From: Octopus vulgaris
Lineage: Eukaryota
NCBI GenBank assembly: GCA_951406725.2
Contig: OX597831.1
Location: 40,672,001-40,736,000, forward strand
Direction: 5' to 3'
DNA length: 64,000 bases
The notes beneath the pieces are model-generated. The model saw only the letters and a program-made list of their open reading frames with translations, searched no databases and was not told where the DNA came from. Made by a program: the position numbers and the translations under genes. Shown here piece by piece: positions 1-13,583 of the stretch. Numbering within the stretch: the stretch's first letter is position 1; the number at the start of each line of letters is the position of its first letter.

Positions 1-26
1 ACACGGAAACTGAAAGAGGGCTGTCG

Positions 27-76
<50 letters not shown>

Positions 77-77
77 T

Positions 78-131
<54 letters not shown>

Positions 132-134
132 GTG

Positions 135-337
135 TATTTCTTTATTGCCTTCAGGGGGCTAAATACAGAGGGGACGAACAAGAACAGGCAAAGGGATTAA
201 GTCGATTATACCTACCCCAGTGCGTAACTGGTACTTATTTAATCGACCCCACAAGGATGAAAGGCAAAGTCGATGTCGGCGGAATTTGAACACAGAACGT
301 AATGGCAGACGAAATAGCGCAAAGCATTTCGCCCGAC
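135..337 (-). mobile_element. SINE family D (tRNA-like head, central GGTCGACTTTGCCTTTCATCC block)
   Basis: Matches the multi-copy unit at 12996-13583 and 45720-46135. Confidence 0.85.
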
Positions 338-631
338 TTGACAACCGATTTTGGGATGTTTATGTCCCCGTTATGTTCGGCAGAGGAGACCGATAGAATA
401 CAAAGAATAAGGCCTCGGGTCGATTTGTTCCGCCTTGAATAATTTTTAGACGAAGGAATCGACGCCATTATTTCTTTTATCCTCGGCACCTCTTTTCTCT
501 GTCCTTTTGCCGAACTGCTATTTTTCATGGACGTAAAGAAACGAATACCGGTGTGTCAAGTGGTGCTGGAGGACAAACACAGACACAAACACACGCACAT
601 ACACACACAGAGTCGCACACAAACACACACA

Positions 632-752
632 CACATGGTTCCGGGTTCAGTCCTACTGCGTGCCACCTTCGGCAAGTGTCTTGTACTATAGCCTAAGGCC
701 GACCAAAGCCTTGTGAGTGGTTTTGGTAGACGAAAACTTAAAGAAGCCGTGT
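632..752 (+). mobile_element. SINE family A 5' half (tRNA B-box plus CORE-like GGCACCTTGGGCAAGTGTCTT block)
   Basis: Same sequence as the copies at 33126-33535 and 63693-64000. Confidence 0.8.
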
Positions 753-893
753 ATATATATAAAAACTTACTTGGAGAAAAGAAAGGAAAGAAACGAAATG
801 ACGCGATGGCGCTCAGTCATTCAATAATTTAATAAATAAAATATGTGCATACATACATATATGTACGTACCTACATCTACATGTATATATACA

Positions 894-947
<54 letters not shown>

Positions 948-1506
948 AGTACAGGACACCACAAATAAACGTAGAACACAACGAGAAGCGAAAACATAAA
1001 AACAACAAGGAAACGGACTTTTTTTAACAACGAAAAAACAGAGTACAAGACAAATACAAGGAATATTCCCCTTAATCAGCTGTCCATGGATTGACTCAAT
1101 GCGTGTTTCGAAGGTAAGGACAGAACACGACCCGTCGATTCAATCCTTCCTGCAAAAGAATTAAAATAAAATTCCTTTGCAGAGGGGTAAAAACAAGGAA
1201 AGAAAAAAATGAGACAAGAACAGGACGTAAAAGCAATACAAATAAAATACAATTACAAATAAAATTACAAATACAAAATAAAAATACAAATACAAAAAAT
1301 ACAGTACACAAAGAATAAAAACAAGACCAAAAAAAAACCAACATTAAGGGCTGTTTTTAAGCCTAGACGATGGATAAATTCAGAGCGCAAAAAAAGCCAT
1401 GTTGGCTTGTAGAAAGCTGTCAGTGAAAGGAAGTAGGTAGTCGACTCGGCAGTGAGAGAGATGAGGAGGAGTAAGAGAGAGAGAGAGAGAGAGAGAGAGT
1501 GGAAAG

Positions 1507-1538
<32 letters not shown>

Positions 1539-1625
1539 TTAGATAAAACTTAGATATGTTTCGACCAGAGATTGGTCCAGGCCATGTCTAACTTAATAGC
1601 ACCACCTGATATATATATGTATGTA

Positions 1626-1661
<36 letters not shown>

Positions 1662-1699
1662 TGTATGTATGTATGTATGTATGTATGTATGTATGTATA

Positions 1700-1888
1700 T
1701 ATTTGTGTGTCTGTGTTTGTCCAGCCCCACAACATTGCTTGACAACCGATGCTGGTGTGTTTACGTCCCTGTCACTTAGCGGTTCGGAAATAGAGACAGA
1801 TAGAATAAGTGAGTGGAAAGAATAAGTCCTGGGGTCGATTTGGTCGACTAAAGGCGCTGCTCCAGCATGGCCGTAGTCAAATGACTGT
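1700..1888 (+). mobile_element. SINE family A 3' half
   Basis: TTGACAACCGATGCTGGTGTG...GCTCCAGCATGGCCG shared with many copies. Confidence 0.8.
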
Positions 1889-2010
1889 ATATATATATAT
1901 ACACATATACATATACAGGTGATCACATAAGTGTAAAAAAAATGGGTGGGGGGAATAGTACTCGAATACCAAAGGTATATACTTTTTTTAAACCGGCAAA
2001 ATTATCACAG

Positions 2011-2053
2011 AGCTGTTACTCAGAGTTTCACGTCCCGGTTCGTCAGACCGTTG
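2011..2053 (-). ncRNA. Degenerate minimal type I HHR-like motif
   Basis: Minus strand cggt CTGACGA accgggacgt GAAA ctctgag TA acag; canonical core, near-palindromic stem III, stems I and II imperfect. Confidence 0.55.
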
Positions 2054-2259
2054 TGGTCATATCTGGAACGGGAATATATATGCAACGGATTCTTTCAGTT
2101 ACCGTCAACTAAATCCACTCACAAATATTAGATCGGCCCGAAGAGGTAATAAGAAATACTTGCCCGCGCTGTGGTACTGAACCCAGAACGATATGGTTGG
2201 GAAGCAACGCCTTTATACACTTATTCGTTCAAATATACATACCTGTATACATATATATT

Positions 2260-2560
2260 GTTTGTTCCTTCTCGTGTCATGCCTGGCTCATAATGGCCGG
2301 TTTCCCGGTTTCCTTGGCGTAAAGGTTCTCCACCTGAACGGGACGCCGGTCCGTCGCAGGTGAGCTGCAAGATGCAGGAGGAAAGAGTGAGAGAAATTTG
2401 TGGCGAAAGTGTCATCAGAAGTTTGCCATTGCCTTCTGCCGGAGCCGCGTGGAGCTTAAGGGTTTCGTTCAGAAACACACACATCAGCCTGTCTGAGATT
2501 GAAACCCGCGATCCCTCGACCGCGTGTCCGCTGCTCTAAACACTAGGCCTTGTGCCTCCA
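2260..2560 (-). mobile_element. SINE family C (tail variant 1)
   Basis: Reverse-complement match to 14395-14698. Confidence 0.8.
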
Positions 2561-2617
2561 CATACATATATATACACACACATTATTATATGTATGCATA
2601 TACGATAACGTTATAGA

Positions 2618-2699
<82 letters not shown>

Positions 2700-2712
2700 C
2701 TTATATATATGT

Positions 2713-2753
<41 letters not shown>

Positions 2754-2768
2754 CATATATATAGATAT

Positions 2769-2839
<71 letters not shown>

Positions 2840-3615
2840 TATGAAGGTATCTATATATTAATTCATACATAAACACATATAGTCGGCTGCGCATGCGTGC
2901 TTTGTGTGTGGTTTTTGTTTATGGATGTATGTTATATATTTCTCCTAATTACCTGGATTCTCCCTCTGAGCGGGGAACTGGATTCAGACGGGGAAAAAAT
3001 AAACCTTCATCGTCGTAATTTCAATTACTAAAACAATGAATATTATATGCTAAATCTTAGAGATGTTTTTCATATCCCTATCGTTCCAATTACAAATTGT
3101 ATTTGTAGCGTCTATGGTAGCTGGTCATTCTCTATGGTTTGAAAACCTTAGCTTTTTCGCTAAGCATAATGCGCCAATAATAATCGCTATAGATGTGATG
3201 TTTTAATCTAGATAGAGAAGCTGCAGGATTAGATGCCATTAACCGTAAATATAGTGTTTTTCATTAATTTCAAAAGAAATGTTACATATGAAGCAGTTTG
3301 ATCTCTCTGATTGTTCCTGATTTTTCGTTTCTTCTCAGAGAGTACCATACCTTTTATGTTTGCACTTGAAATAAGATTTGCGATGAGAAACGTTGCGCCG
3401 ATTATCTTTATATCGGTGCCAAATATGTTATGTATGCATTCACTAACAGGAGGAATTGCCTATGTTTATCCCGGAGTAGTGTTTTCCAATGTTCGCATTG
3501 TGCATTGTTTTATCAACACCATCATACCGCATTGTACGTATGTACGTGTTTAATGTATCTATGTATGTAAATATGTATGAGTGCGTGCATACAAACGTGC
3601 ATTATGAAGGCATGC

Positions 3616-3658
<43 letters not shown>

Positions 3659-4186
3659 TGTGTGTGCGTATGTGTGTGTGTGTGTGCGAGCGTATGGGTG
3701 TATGTATGTGTAATGTATGTAAATATGTACGTACGTATGTTCGCATACGTGCGATATATACGATCACATACGGGTGTATGTATGTATGTATTTACAGGAC
3801 AATTATAGCCTCGCAATCGTAATGTCATCACCAATACCCACCCCGTACACACATACACCCTGCATCGTTACCATTGACAACATGCCCTCACGGATCAGTT
3901 ATTAATTCTCTATTATCTCTTCTTTAATAAATGTATTCTTTCATCTATAATCCATTCCGCCTCCGTTACTCCGTTTAATTGTATACGGCTTTCATTGTGT
4001 TTATGTGTTACACTCTGGGTGTGTGTTCGTGTATGCTTGAAAATCTATTGTGGGTGCGTGTCTCGAGTATGTAGGCTCGTGTTTGCGTGTGCCTGTGCAA
4101 CAATGTATGTCCTTGAAAATTTATGAGTATGTGTATGTTGTCCATTAGTATATGTTGATTCCCCGATCGATATATGCGCTTGTGTA

Positions 4187-4273
<87 letters not shown>

Positions 4274-4344
4274 TTTTGATTTATATAAATGCGTGTTTGA
4301 GTTTCTCAGTGCGTGGGTGAGTGTGCGTGTATGTACTTGTGTTT

Positions 4345-4403
<59 letters not shown>

Positions 4404-5279
4404 TGTCTGTGTGTGTATGTGTGTGTGTGAGTGTGTATGTGTGTGTTTGTGCGTGCATGTAGTTATTTTCAATATATGAATTTGTGTCCGTCGCAGTTTG
4501 CGTATATATGCGTAAAAATATCTACGCGATTTCGATGTATATAAATGAGTGCTTGTATATGTGTGTTTATGTGTATGTGTGTGTGTGTGTGTGTGTCCCC
4601 GCCTGGCTGTCTGTTTGTCTGTGAGTGCGTGTGCTTGCGCGCGAGCGTGCGGTAATGAATGTGTGTCAATGTTTGTAAGTAGCAGTGTGTATGTATTTGT
4701 GTGTTTATGTGTATATCTGTGGCCGTATCTGTGCGTGTGTGTGCGCAGGCGTGACCGTGTGTGTGTGAGAGAGAGAGCGAGAGAGGGTGTGTGGTTATTT
4801 CCATTTTCCCGCTGGAAAACAAAATGGCGACGTGTTCATATCAAATTAATTTCTTTTCTGTTTGTTGTGTTATATTGCGCTGTATATCAATTTTTATACA
4901 CTTTTATTGCGTTGTATATCAACTTTTACACATTTATTACTAGATTCATATTACTTCATATCTTTATAATGCAATCGATATATATGTGTGTTTGTTTGTG
5001 TGTGTTTGTGTGTGTGCGTGTGTATGTATATGCGTGCAGACACACACATAAATATGACTATGAGCGTGTGTGCATATGTACAGAAAGACACTCACACGCA
5101 CATATGTGTGTGTGTGTGCATACATATATGAATGTGTGTACCTACACAGAGAAAAATAATTTTTTATATGTACATTTATATATATATCATACATGTTTAT
5201 ATATATATAGATAAATCTATATAATATATATATACATATATATATATATACATATATACATATATACATATACATATAC

Positions 5280-5327
<48 letters not shown>

Positions 5328-5453
5328 GAATGTATACACAGAGTGAGAGATATATAAGGAAAGAGAAAAGAGGATAGAGACACGAAGACCTATTCATAGT
5401 ACACATACACGCACAAATACACTTATACATATATACATATATGTGCACATACT

Positions 5454-5550
<97 letters not shown>

Positions 5551-5920
5551 ATAAAATAAATTGATGCATTAATATGTAATACCATACTCAAAGAAATGAA
5601 ATGAGTTCTCTTGTTTCCTATAATCGTACCTAGTACATTATACCTAAGCTTCTCTCTATCCTCTTGCGTCCCCTCTCCTTTCTCTCCCTCTTTATTTGCA
5701 TGTATGTGTGTGTGTGCGTGTGTGCATGCATGTGTGTGTGATAAGTTTAGAAAAATAAGAATAGAGTTGCATTATAAGTATGAGTGTATAAGGTGGTTAC
5801 AGTCCTACATGCGGAAATACAGCTGAAACGGAAGGGCACAAAATTGGTCCCTTCCTGCAGAGAATGGACAGGCCTGGAATAAATACTGAAAGGCGCGGTT
5901 TTTGCAGCTCAAATGTTCTA

Positions 5921-5989
<69 letters not shown>

Positions 5990-6107
5990 CATATACATAT
6001 ATACATACATACATATATATATATATATACACATATACTTATACTTAAGAATATTTGGGCCTCAACGTAGCCAACGAACAGGTTCACATAGTTGGGGACC
6101 ATTCTCC

Positions 6108-6158
<51 letters not shown>

Positions 6159-6164
6159 AAATCA

Positions 6165-6305
6165 TTATATGGCGATGGGAACGAGAATGGTCTCCAACTA
6201 TGCGAACCTGTTCGTTGGCTACGTTGACGCCCAAATATTCTTAAGTTTCACTGGTCCCACTCCCGAACTATACGGCCGTTATATTGACGACTGTAACGGT
6301 GCACG
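6165..6305 (+). pseudogene. Penelope-like reverse transcriptase fragment
   Basis: Translates [23 protein letters not shown]...PELYGRYIDDC, the AMGT and YIDD motifs typical of PLE RT. Confidence 0.85.
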
Positions 6306-6607
6306 CAAGTCTGCACTTTCTATGTCATCGAATGCTTATCAAAGAAAAAGGCCGCCGGTGCATCAATGCAGTTTAAACATAAAATGCTAGAGGACACACC
6401 ACAAGAAATCTCATCTGACTGTTTAGCAGTTCTGGCAATATACTGCCCAAGAATGGTACATTCTATGGATCTCGAAAAGAGGAAATAAAAGGTTTACCTA
6501 GGTGGGATTTGAACACATAGCGCAAAGAATACATATAAATACTGCGAAACATTCTAACGATACTCTATTGATCTTTACTAATTTGCTGCTTTCTATGTGT
6601 ATACAGT

Positions 6608-6927
6608 GAAGGCGCATGGCTCAGTGGGTTGAGCGTCGCGCTTACGATCGTGAGGATGTGAGTTCGAATCCCGGACCGGGCTGCGTGTTGTGTTCTTGAG
6701 CAAGACACTTTATTTCACGTTGCTCAAGTTCACTCAACTGTAGAAATGAGTTCCCAAGCTGTATCGGCCATTGCCTTTCCCTTGGATAACTCTGGTGGCG
6801 TGGAGAGGGAAGGCCGGTATGCATGAGCAACTGCTGGTCTTTCATAAACAACCTTGCCCGGACTTGTGCCTGAGAGGGTAACTTTCAAGGTGCAATCCCA
6901 TGGTCAGCTATGGCCGAAGGGGGTCTC
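6608..6927 (+). mobile_element. SINE family B, near full length
   Basis: A-box TGGCTCAGTGG, B-box GTTCGAATCC; other copies at 10320-10596, 41800-41995, 52888-53128, 63050-63248. Confidence 0.85.
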
Positions 6928-7530
6928 AGCAGCATGTGTGTACATGCATATAAACAAATGCAATACTTACTTGCATACTTAAATAATATCGAGCGACATT
7001 ATCTATTTAATTCTAGCTTTACCAAACTTAACGCACATCAACAGACGTTCGATATGCTGTTTTAATAAGAATTGTATGTGTATGTATGTGTGTCTGTGCG
7101 CGCGTGAGTGTGTATGGCAAAAGAAGAAACAAGAGTTTGTTATCAGTTTTTCAGGTTCTGACGGGATTTTTGATCATGTTTTCTGAAACCACGATCGCAA
7201 ATTAATCTCACATTTTTATTATAACACATCATATTGAAGCAATATTCAATACCTAGTTATTTCGTTGTGATCATTTCTGTTGTCGTTGGCGCCTTTATTT
7301 ATTGATTTATTCGTGTTGTTTCAATTTTCCATGATCAGCCCTATAAACAAATACATTCGATCTGTGATCTTGCAGCGTTTTCTCTCTATCAACGAGTACC
7401 ATAGGCCGCTGCGCCATTTATCGAAGATGGAAGGATGCGATTTTGAATTGATTTAACTTCCATTTCTTATAACCCCAGTGACTGTGGAGAGAATCTGTCA
7501 TTGTTCACGCACATCATTTCTGTTATCATT

Positions 7531-7751
7531 TACGTGGGGGTGCTGAAAAGGTCCTGGCTTTAAAGGCATCACGAAAGGCCTGGCTGGAGGCTCGACCTTC
7601 CGAGTTCTTTCACAAGGCTTAGAAAAACTGAAGGATTCCTGCAATAAGTGCGTGATTCTGAGAGAGGAATATATTGGATAAAATCATAATTTACTGATCC
7701 TCCTGTATTTTCTTTTACTTAAAGCCAGAAAATTTTCAGCACCACCTCGTA
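7531..7751 (+). mobile_element. Mariner-derived MITE
   Basis: TIRs TACGTGGGGGTGCTGAAAAG / AATTTTCAGCACCACCTCGTA with TA ends; interior resembles the transposase C-terminus (EKLKDSCNKCVILREEYIG); second copy at 29372-29565. Confidence 0.8.
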
Positions 7752-7832
7752 TCGTTACGGTTAAATCGTTCCAACTTTGACCGTCCAGTCGGTATCTGTT
7801 TATTGCTTGTTCTATATGTCATTTGTTTAAAT

Positions 7833-8130
7833 ATACAAGGTGCATTCCAGAAGTTTTCAGACATTTCAGGAGAGACATTTCTTAAATTCAAAGAAGTACA
7901 TAATTCTAATTTCTGTCCATTCAAGACTCCTTAATTTCAACTCACTTGTGGTAAAACCCCGGCCAATTTGTGAAGGCCTCATAGGAGTCCTCCAGAATGA
8001 AGCCGTCCAAGGCGCCTCCTTCATCTTCAAAACTACTGCCCTTGATTTTCACGTTCAAGGTTTTGACTAAGGGGTTGTAAGGGACAGGTTTTATGGCCAT
8101 TTCTGTCAGGTGGTTGCCACTGAGTACCCT
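7833..8130 (-). mobile_element. Mariner 3' fragment (decayed transposase C-terminus plus TIR)
   Basis: HLTEMAIKPVPYNP...KIKGSSFED...EAFTNW..FYHK resembles the PYSP / F..W..KC region; ends in a TA-flanked TIR-like sequence. Confidence 0.6.
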
Positions 8131-8188
8131 TATCATCTCTCTCTCTCTCTCTTTATCACTTTCTCACTCTCTCTCTCTCTCTCTCTCA

Positions 8189-8259
<71 letters not shown>

Positions 8260-8351
8260 GTATATATATAATATTCAAGTATGAATTAGCAGCAGCTCGG
8301 GGATATAAAAAATATTGAACACAGATACCTTGTGTATGTGTTCGATATTGT

Positions 8352-8439
<88 letters not shown>

Positions 8440-8631
8440 CTGTATGATAACATAATATTTTATTCTCCGGTTTGAAGTGACAATTTATAAATACAAACAA
8501 ATGACTGAGAAATGATGAGCTAGCAACAACCAGAATCGAACCCATAAATCATCGTTAACATGGCTCCATAGTAACTTTTTGTCTGTATCTTACAAAGCCT
8601 TCCGCGTTTGTTTACAAATATACATATATAG

Positions 8632-8701
<70 letters not shown>

Positions 8702-8715
8702 GTATATATATATAC

Positions 8716-8760
<45 letters not shown>

Positions 8761-8771
8761 CATATATATAT

Positions 8772-9168
8772 AGGCGCAGGTGTGCGGAAAAAAGATTGCT
8801 TCCCAGTCACATGGTTCTAGGTTCAGCTTGTTAGCGTGGCACCTTAGGCAAGTGTCTTCAACTATAGCCTCGTGCCGACCAAAGTCTTCTGAGTGGAATT
8901 GGTTAACGGAAACTAACAGAAGACTACCATTTATCGCTGTGTGCGTGTGTATATTTGTGTGGCATTGTGTCTGTGTTTTCCCGCACAACCGCTTGACAAC
9001 CGGTGTTGGTGTATTTACGTCTCCATAATCAGCGGTTCGTTCTAAGAGATCGATAGTATAAGTATCAGGCTTTAGAAATGTAAGTATTGAGGTCGACTGA
9101 TTCGTCTAAACATTCTTCGAGATGGTGCTGCAGCATGACCAAAATCTAATGATCGAAAAAGATAAAAT
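8772..9168 (+). mobile_element. SINE family A, diverged full-length copy
   Basis: Colinear with 33126-33535. Confidence 0.8.
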
Positions 9169-9869
9169 ATGTGTGAGGAAACATGACTTTAAATGTTAAA
9201 AATTATGAATACACAAAAAAATTTTTAAAGAAACGAAATAACAAGTAACACGAACCTTTCGAAAAGAAGTTTTTGTATTGTGCAAGCGAGGTTACAACAT
9301 TTTACACATACAACACAAAAGCATCCCTCAGAAGCTTCGTGTCATTCCGTTTCTTTTGTTGTTGCTTTAATATTCAAATATAATTAATAATTCTTAATTG
9401 AAGAAAATCTTTTCTCAAATACTATGACTGTATTCTATTTTTTCAAATACAATGATCGTATTCTAATATATATATATGATAGCGAGGAAAACGCCCGCCG
9501 TCCAATGGACGGTACTGAGTTGTCAAACATTCAAACCAAATTTTCTCAAAACAACTTGTCCGACCGTCCCATAGGCCTCCCCTTTGAGAAACACTGATTT
9601 AACCTAAATTTGAGACACTAGCAAAAGAAGAAATAAACATAGACTTTTTTCTATTCCAAAGAAAAAGGATTTTATTCACACAAATATGCAACCGAAGAGT
9701 TTAAAGTACTAGTAATGATAAGGCTGTTGACTGGGAGAACACAAACATGATTTAAACAGTAAGCTTGGCAGGAAAGAAACGTGCCTTTAAGCAGTACAAA
9801 AACAACAAAAAATGCGAAGTTATGTACAGGTTGACGGAAGGAAAGCAGGACAAAAACGGCTTTATCGAT

Positions 9870-10033
9870 CGCATTCTCACCTGGAATCGACTTTTGTAAT
9901 TTTTTCAAGACTTATAAACGCCCTGATACCGTCGGTATCTACATATCGAATTTGAGCGCAGTCGGATGGAGGATGCCCGAGATCCTAGAAGACACACACA
10001 CACAGACAGACAGAACGGATTTTATATAATAGA
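9870..10033 (-). mobile_element. Non-autonomous Helitron 5' fragment
   Basis: Minus strand starts A|TCTATTATATAAAA followed by TCTG/TG repeats, like the 5' ends at 48818 and 61594. Confidence 0.5.
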
Positions 10034-10319
10034 TATATCGATTCTATTATGCAAAAGTGTCGTAAGTCCAAAACGTTGCTTTGTTTTAAATACGAAAAAA
10101 TAATTTCACCATTCCATAGCGAAACCGTTGTACTACACTTTGGCAATTTTTGATATCTTGGCATCTGAAGCAGCTGGAGATACGATAGTTTAGCGAAAAG
10201 AACTGGCTACTACAGGCAAGAATAAATATTGAAAAAAACCACATTTGGCTAAATTTGTACATATGACAGTTTAGCATTATAGCAACGATATATATACTTA
10301 TATTCATACATATATAATG

Positions 10320-10596
10320 GGACCGGGCTGCGTGTTGTGTTCTTGAGCAAGGCACTTTATTTCACGTTGCTCCAGTTCACTCAGCTGTAGAAATGAGTTG
10401 CGACGTCACTGGTGCCAAGCTGTATCGACCTTTGTCTTTCCCTTGGATAACACTGGTGGCGTGGAGAGGGGAGGCTGGTATGCATGGGCGACTGCTGGTC
10501 TTCCATAAACAACCTTGCCCGGACTTGTGTCTAGGAGGGTAACTTTCTAGGTGCAATCCCATGGTCATTCATGACCGAAGGGGGTCTTTACCCTTT
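10320..10596 (+). mobile_element. SINE family B, 5' truncated
   Basis: Matches 6673-6927. Confidence 0.85.
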
Positions 10597-11806
10597 ATAT
10601 AATGGGTGAGCCAAAAGTAATGCACTATGATATATAACAGTTTATTTATATTACATTATTATCATTATCATTATTCAATTTGTTTATCATGTACGTGTGT
10701 ATTCATCAGTATTTTATTGATTCTATTTAATTTTGGAAAAAAAATTGAAGCGTATCCTTGACAATTCCGGAACGTATTGAACTTACAAATAATATAATAC
10801 AATATTTCTATCTGTGTGTGTGTGTGTAAGATAGTTAATGTACTTCACTTGTGCTACAAATATTAAAAATTTGTAAAAAGAAAAAAAAAACGGTGCAAAC
10901 GCTACAATTTCCCATTTACTTTCTGATTTTATTATTTTCTTTTTCTTATCTAAAAACAAAAACAAAAATTAGGATTTTAAAGCTTAATAAAACAGAAATC
11001 AATATAAACCAATATTCTGTCTAATTCTATGTTTCAAATTTTCAACTGTCCTTGCTTCATTTTACAAGTCTTTTTTTTAATATTTTTGTTGAGTAACATG
11101 TCAAGTTTATCGAGTATATATCATTGTTCTCATCGAGATTTCCTCTGTTTCGATGTTCAGTGTGAATTTCATTGTTTGTTTTCTGTCCTTTTTTTTTTTT
11201 TTTCTATCTTCAGTGCTCTTAATTAATCTTTTGGAATGATTCTAGCTGTTGCTGACATCGAAAATTCAGCTGAAAAATTCAATGTCAGATGTTATGAATG
11301 ATGCCCAAGTTGTGATTATTATTGTTGTTGCTCTTGAAAAAAAAAAAAAAATTCACGAACATAATTTTGTTGCTTGTCTATTGTACATCGGGAATCAGTT
11401 TCTGAATGAAGATAGCTATATTCATTTCTTTCGTTTTAGTTCACAATGAGATTTGTAAAATAGTTGATTAAAAATAGAAATGAAGGATGCAAAAAAAACC
11501 ATTCGCTATAGAAACTAGAGAAACCGAAATTTTTTTGTTATAATTTAATTACTGTGTCCTCTTTCATTTTTTGTTTGTGTGTTTCTCTTCTTTTAAATTT
11601 ACAAGAAAATCATTTATTTCTATTTCTGTTCCTACATCTCAAAAATTTGTTATTAGACCGGTTTTTTTTTCCTTAATAGGCATAGCTGTGCAGTTAAGAA
11701 GATCGCTTTGCAACGGTGGTACCGTTTCAGTCTCACAGCGCGGCACCATGTGCAAGTGCTTTCTTGGGCACCTGGGCCGACTAATACCTAGTGTGTGTAT
11801 ATATAT

Positions 11807-11968
11807 AGGTGCAGGAGTGGCTGTGTAGTAAGTAGCTTGTTTGCCAACCACATGGTTCCGGGTTCAGTCTCACTGTGTGACACCTTGAGCAACTATCTTC
11901 TACTATAGCCTCGGGCCGACCAAAAATCTTGTGAGCGGATGTGGTAGACGGAAACTGATAGAAACCCG

Positions 11969-12061
<93 letters not shown>

Positions 12062-12470
12062 GGGAGAGTTCACGAAAAAAGCAAAAGATGAAGACAGGTG
12101 GTGTACAAAACAAACAGATGTATTAGTATAACGCTCAGGAATTGAAAAATCTTTTACGTTTCGAGCCTACGCTCTTCAATAGAAAGGGACACAGAAAAAA
12201 AACAAGGAGAGGAAAAAATGTGTGTGTAGTGGCTACCGATCTATACGTATGTGTGTGTAGATGTTTGTGTGTCTGTGTTTGTCCCCCCAACATCGCTTCA
12301 AAACCGATGCTGGTGTGTTTACGTCCCCGTAACTTAGCGGTTCGGCATAAGAAACCGATAGGATTAGTAGGCTTACAAAGAATAAATCGTGGGGTCGATT
12401 TGCTCGACTAAAGGCAGTGCTCCAGCATGGCCGCAATAAAATGACTGATGCAAAAGAATAAAAGAATATA
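11807..12470 (+). mobile_element. SINE family A split by an insertion (12060-12240) in its internal microsatellite
   Basis: 5' half 11807-11970, 3' half about 12260-12470. Confidence 0.8.
12151..12186 (-). ncRNA. Minimal type I HHR-like motif, non-canonical core
   Basis: cttt CTATTGA a gagc gtag gctc GAAA cg TA aaag; stems I and II perfect, ACGT stem III, G5 and A6 altered. Confidence 0.6.
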
Positions 12471-12995
12471 TCTAAACGTGTGCATGTATGTCTTAGTGTT
12501 TGTTCCCTCTGCCAATACAGCTTGACAACAATGCTGGGTGGTATAAGATCCTGTATTTTAGCAGTTCGGTAAAAGAGACTGAATAAACTAAGTATCGGCT
12601 AAACTCTAAACTCTTCCTGACAGTGCCCCAGCATGGCCATATTCCAATGACTGTAAAGAGGTAAAAGAAGTTTACAATGACCATTTGGTATTAGTAAATC
12701 AGGAGAACTGATCGCTCACTGGATAAAAGCCTGATCATAAGTAGTTTTGCATTTTCTGTTTTGATTTCGAATCCGTCAAAGTTAAATTCATACTTCAACC
12801 GTCTAGAGGGGAGAAAATAATTACAAGTAGAAATTTGGTCGATCTAAATCGATTTTTATCCTCCTCACAAATTTAAGATATTTTGTCGATGCTAAAATTA
12901 ATATTTCTATGCAAACTTCTTTTTCGTTATCATTTTATTTTTACGCATTGGATAAGGGTGTAAGGCTTCACTTTAATTTAGCTTGATAGCTCTTA

Positions 12996-13583
12996 TTTCT
13001 TTATTGCCCACAAGGGGCTAAACATAGAGGGGACAAACAGGGAATTAAGTCGATTACATCGACCCCCAGTGCGTAACTCGTACTTAATTTATCGACCCCG
13101 AAAGGATGAAAAGTAAAGTCGACCTCGGCGGAATTTGAACTCAGAACGTAACGGCAGACGAAATACCCATTTCTTTACTACTCACAAGGGTCTAAGCACA
13201 GAGGGGACAAATAAGGACAGACAAACGGATTAAGTCGATTACATCGACCTCAGTGCGTAACTGGTACTTATTTTATCGACCCCGAAAGGATGATAGGCAA
13301 AGTCGACCTCGGCGGAATTTGAACTCAGAACGTAGCGGCAGGCGAAATACCTATTTCTTTACTACCCACAAGGGGCTAAGCACAGAGAGAACAAACAAGG
13401 ACTAACAAACGGATTAAATCGATTATATCGACCCCAGTGCGTAACTGGTACTTGTTTAATCGACCCCGAAAGGATGATAGGCAAAGTCGACCTCGGCGGA
13501 ATTTGAACTCAGAACGTAACGGCAGACGAAATACCGCTAAGTATTTCGTCCGGCCTGCTAACGATTCTGCCAGCTCGCTGCCT
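12996..13583 (-). mobile_element. SINE family D head-to-tail trimer with 19-bp TSD
   Basis: TTTAGCTTGATAGCTCTTA at 12977-12995 and 13584-13602; three units of roughly 170-230 bp. Confidence 0.9.

Noticed and set aside
5826-5860. GGAAGGG/CCCTTCC hairpin after CTGAAAC
   Set aside because: HHR core elements are absent or out of order.
9580-9597. hAT-like terminal sequence CAGTGTTTCTCAAA (minus)
   Set aside because: No partner end or TSD found.
12996-13583. Regularly spaced repeats suggesting a CRISPR-like array
   Set aside because: The units repeat throughout with no unique spacers, have a TSD, and the context is eukaryotic.
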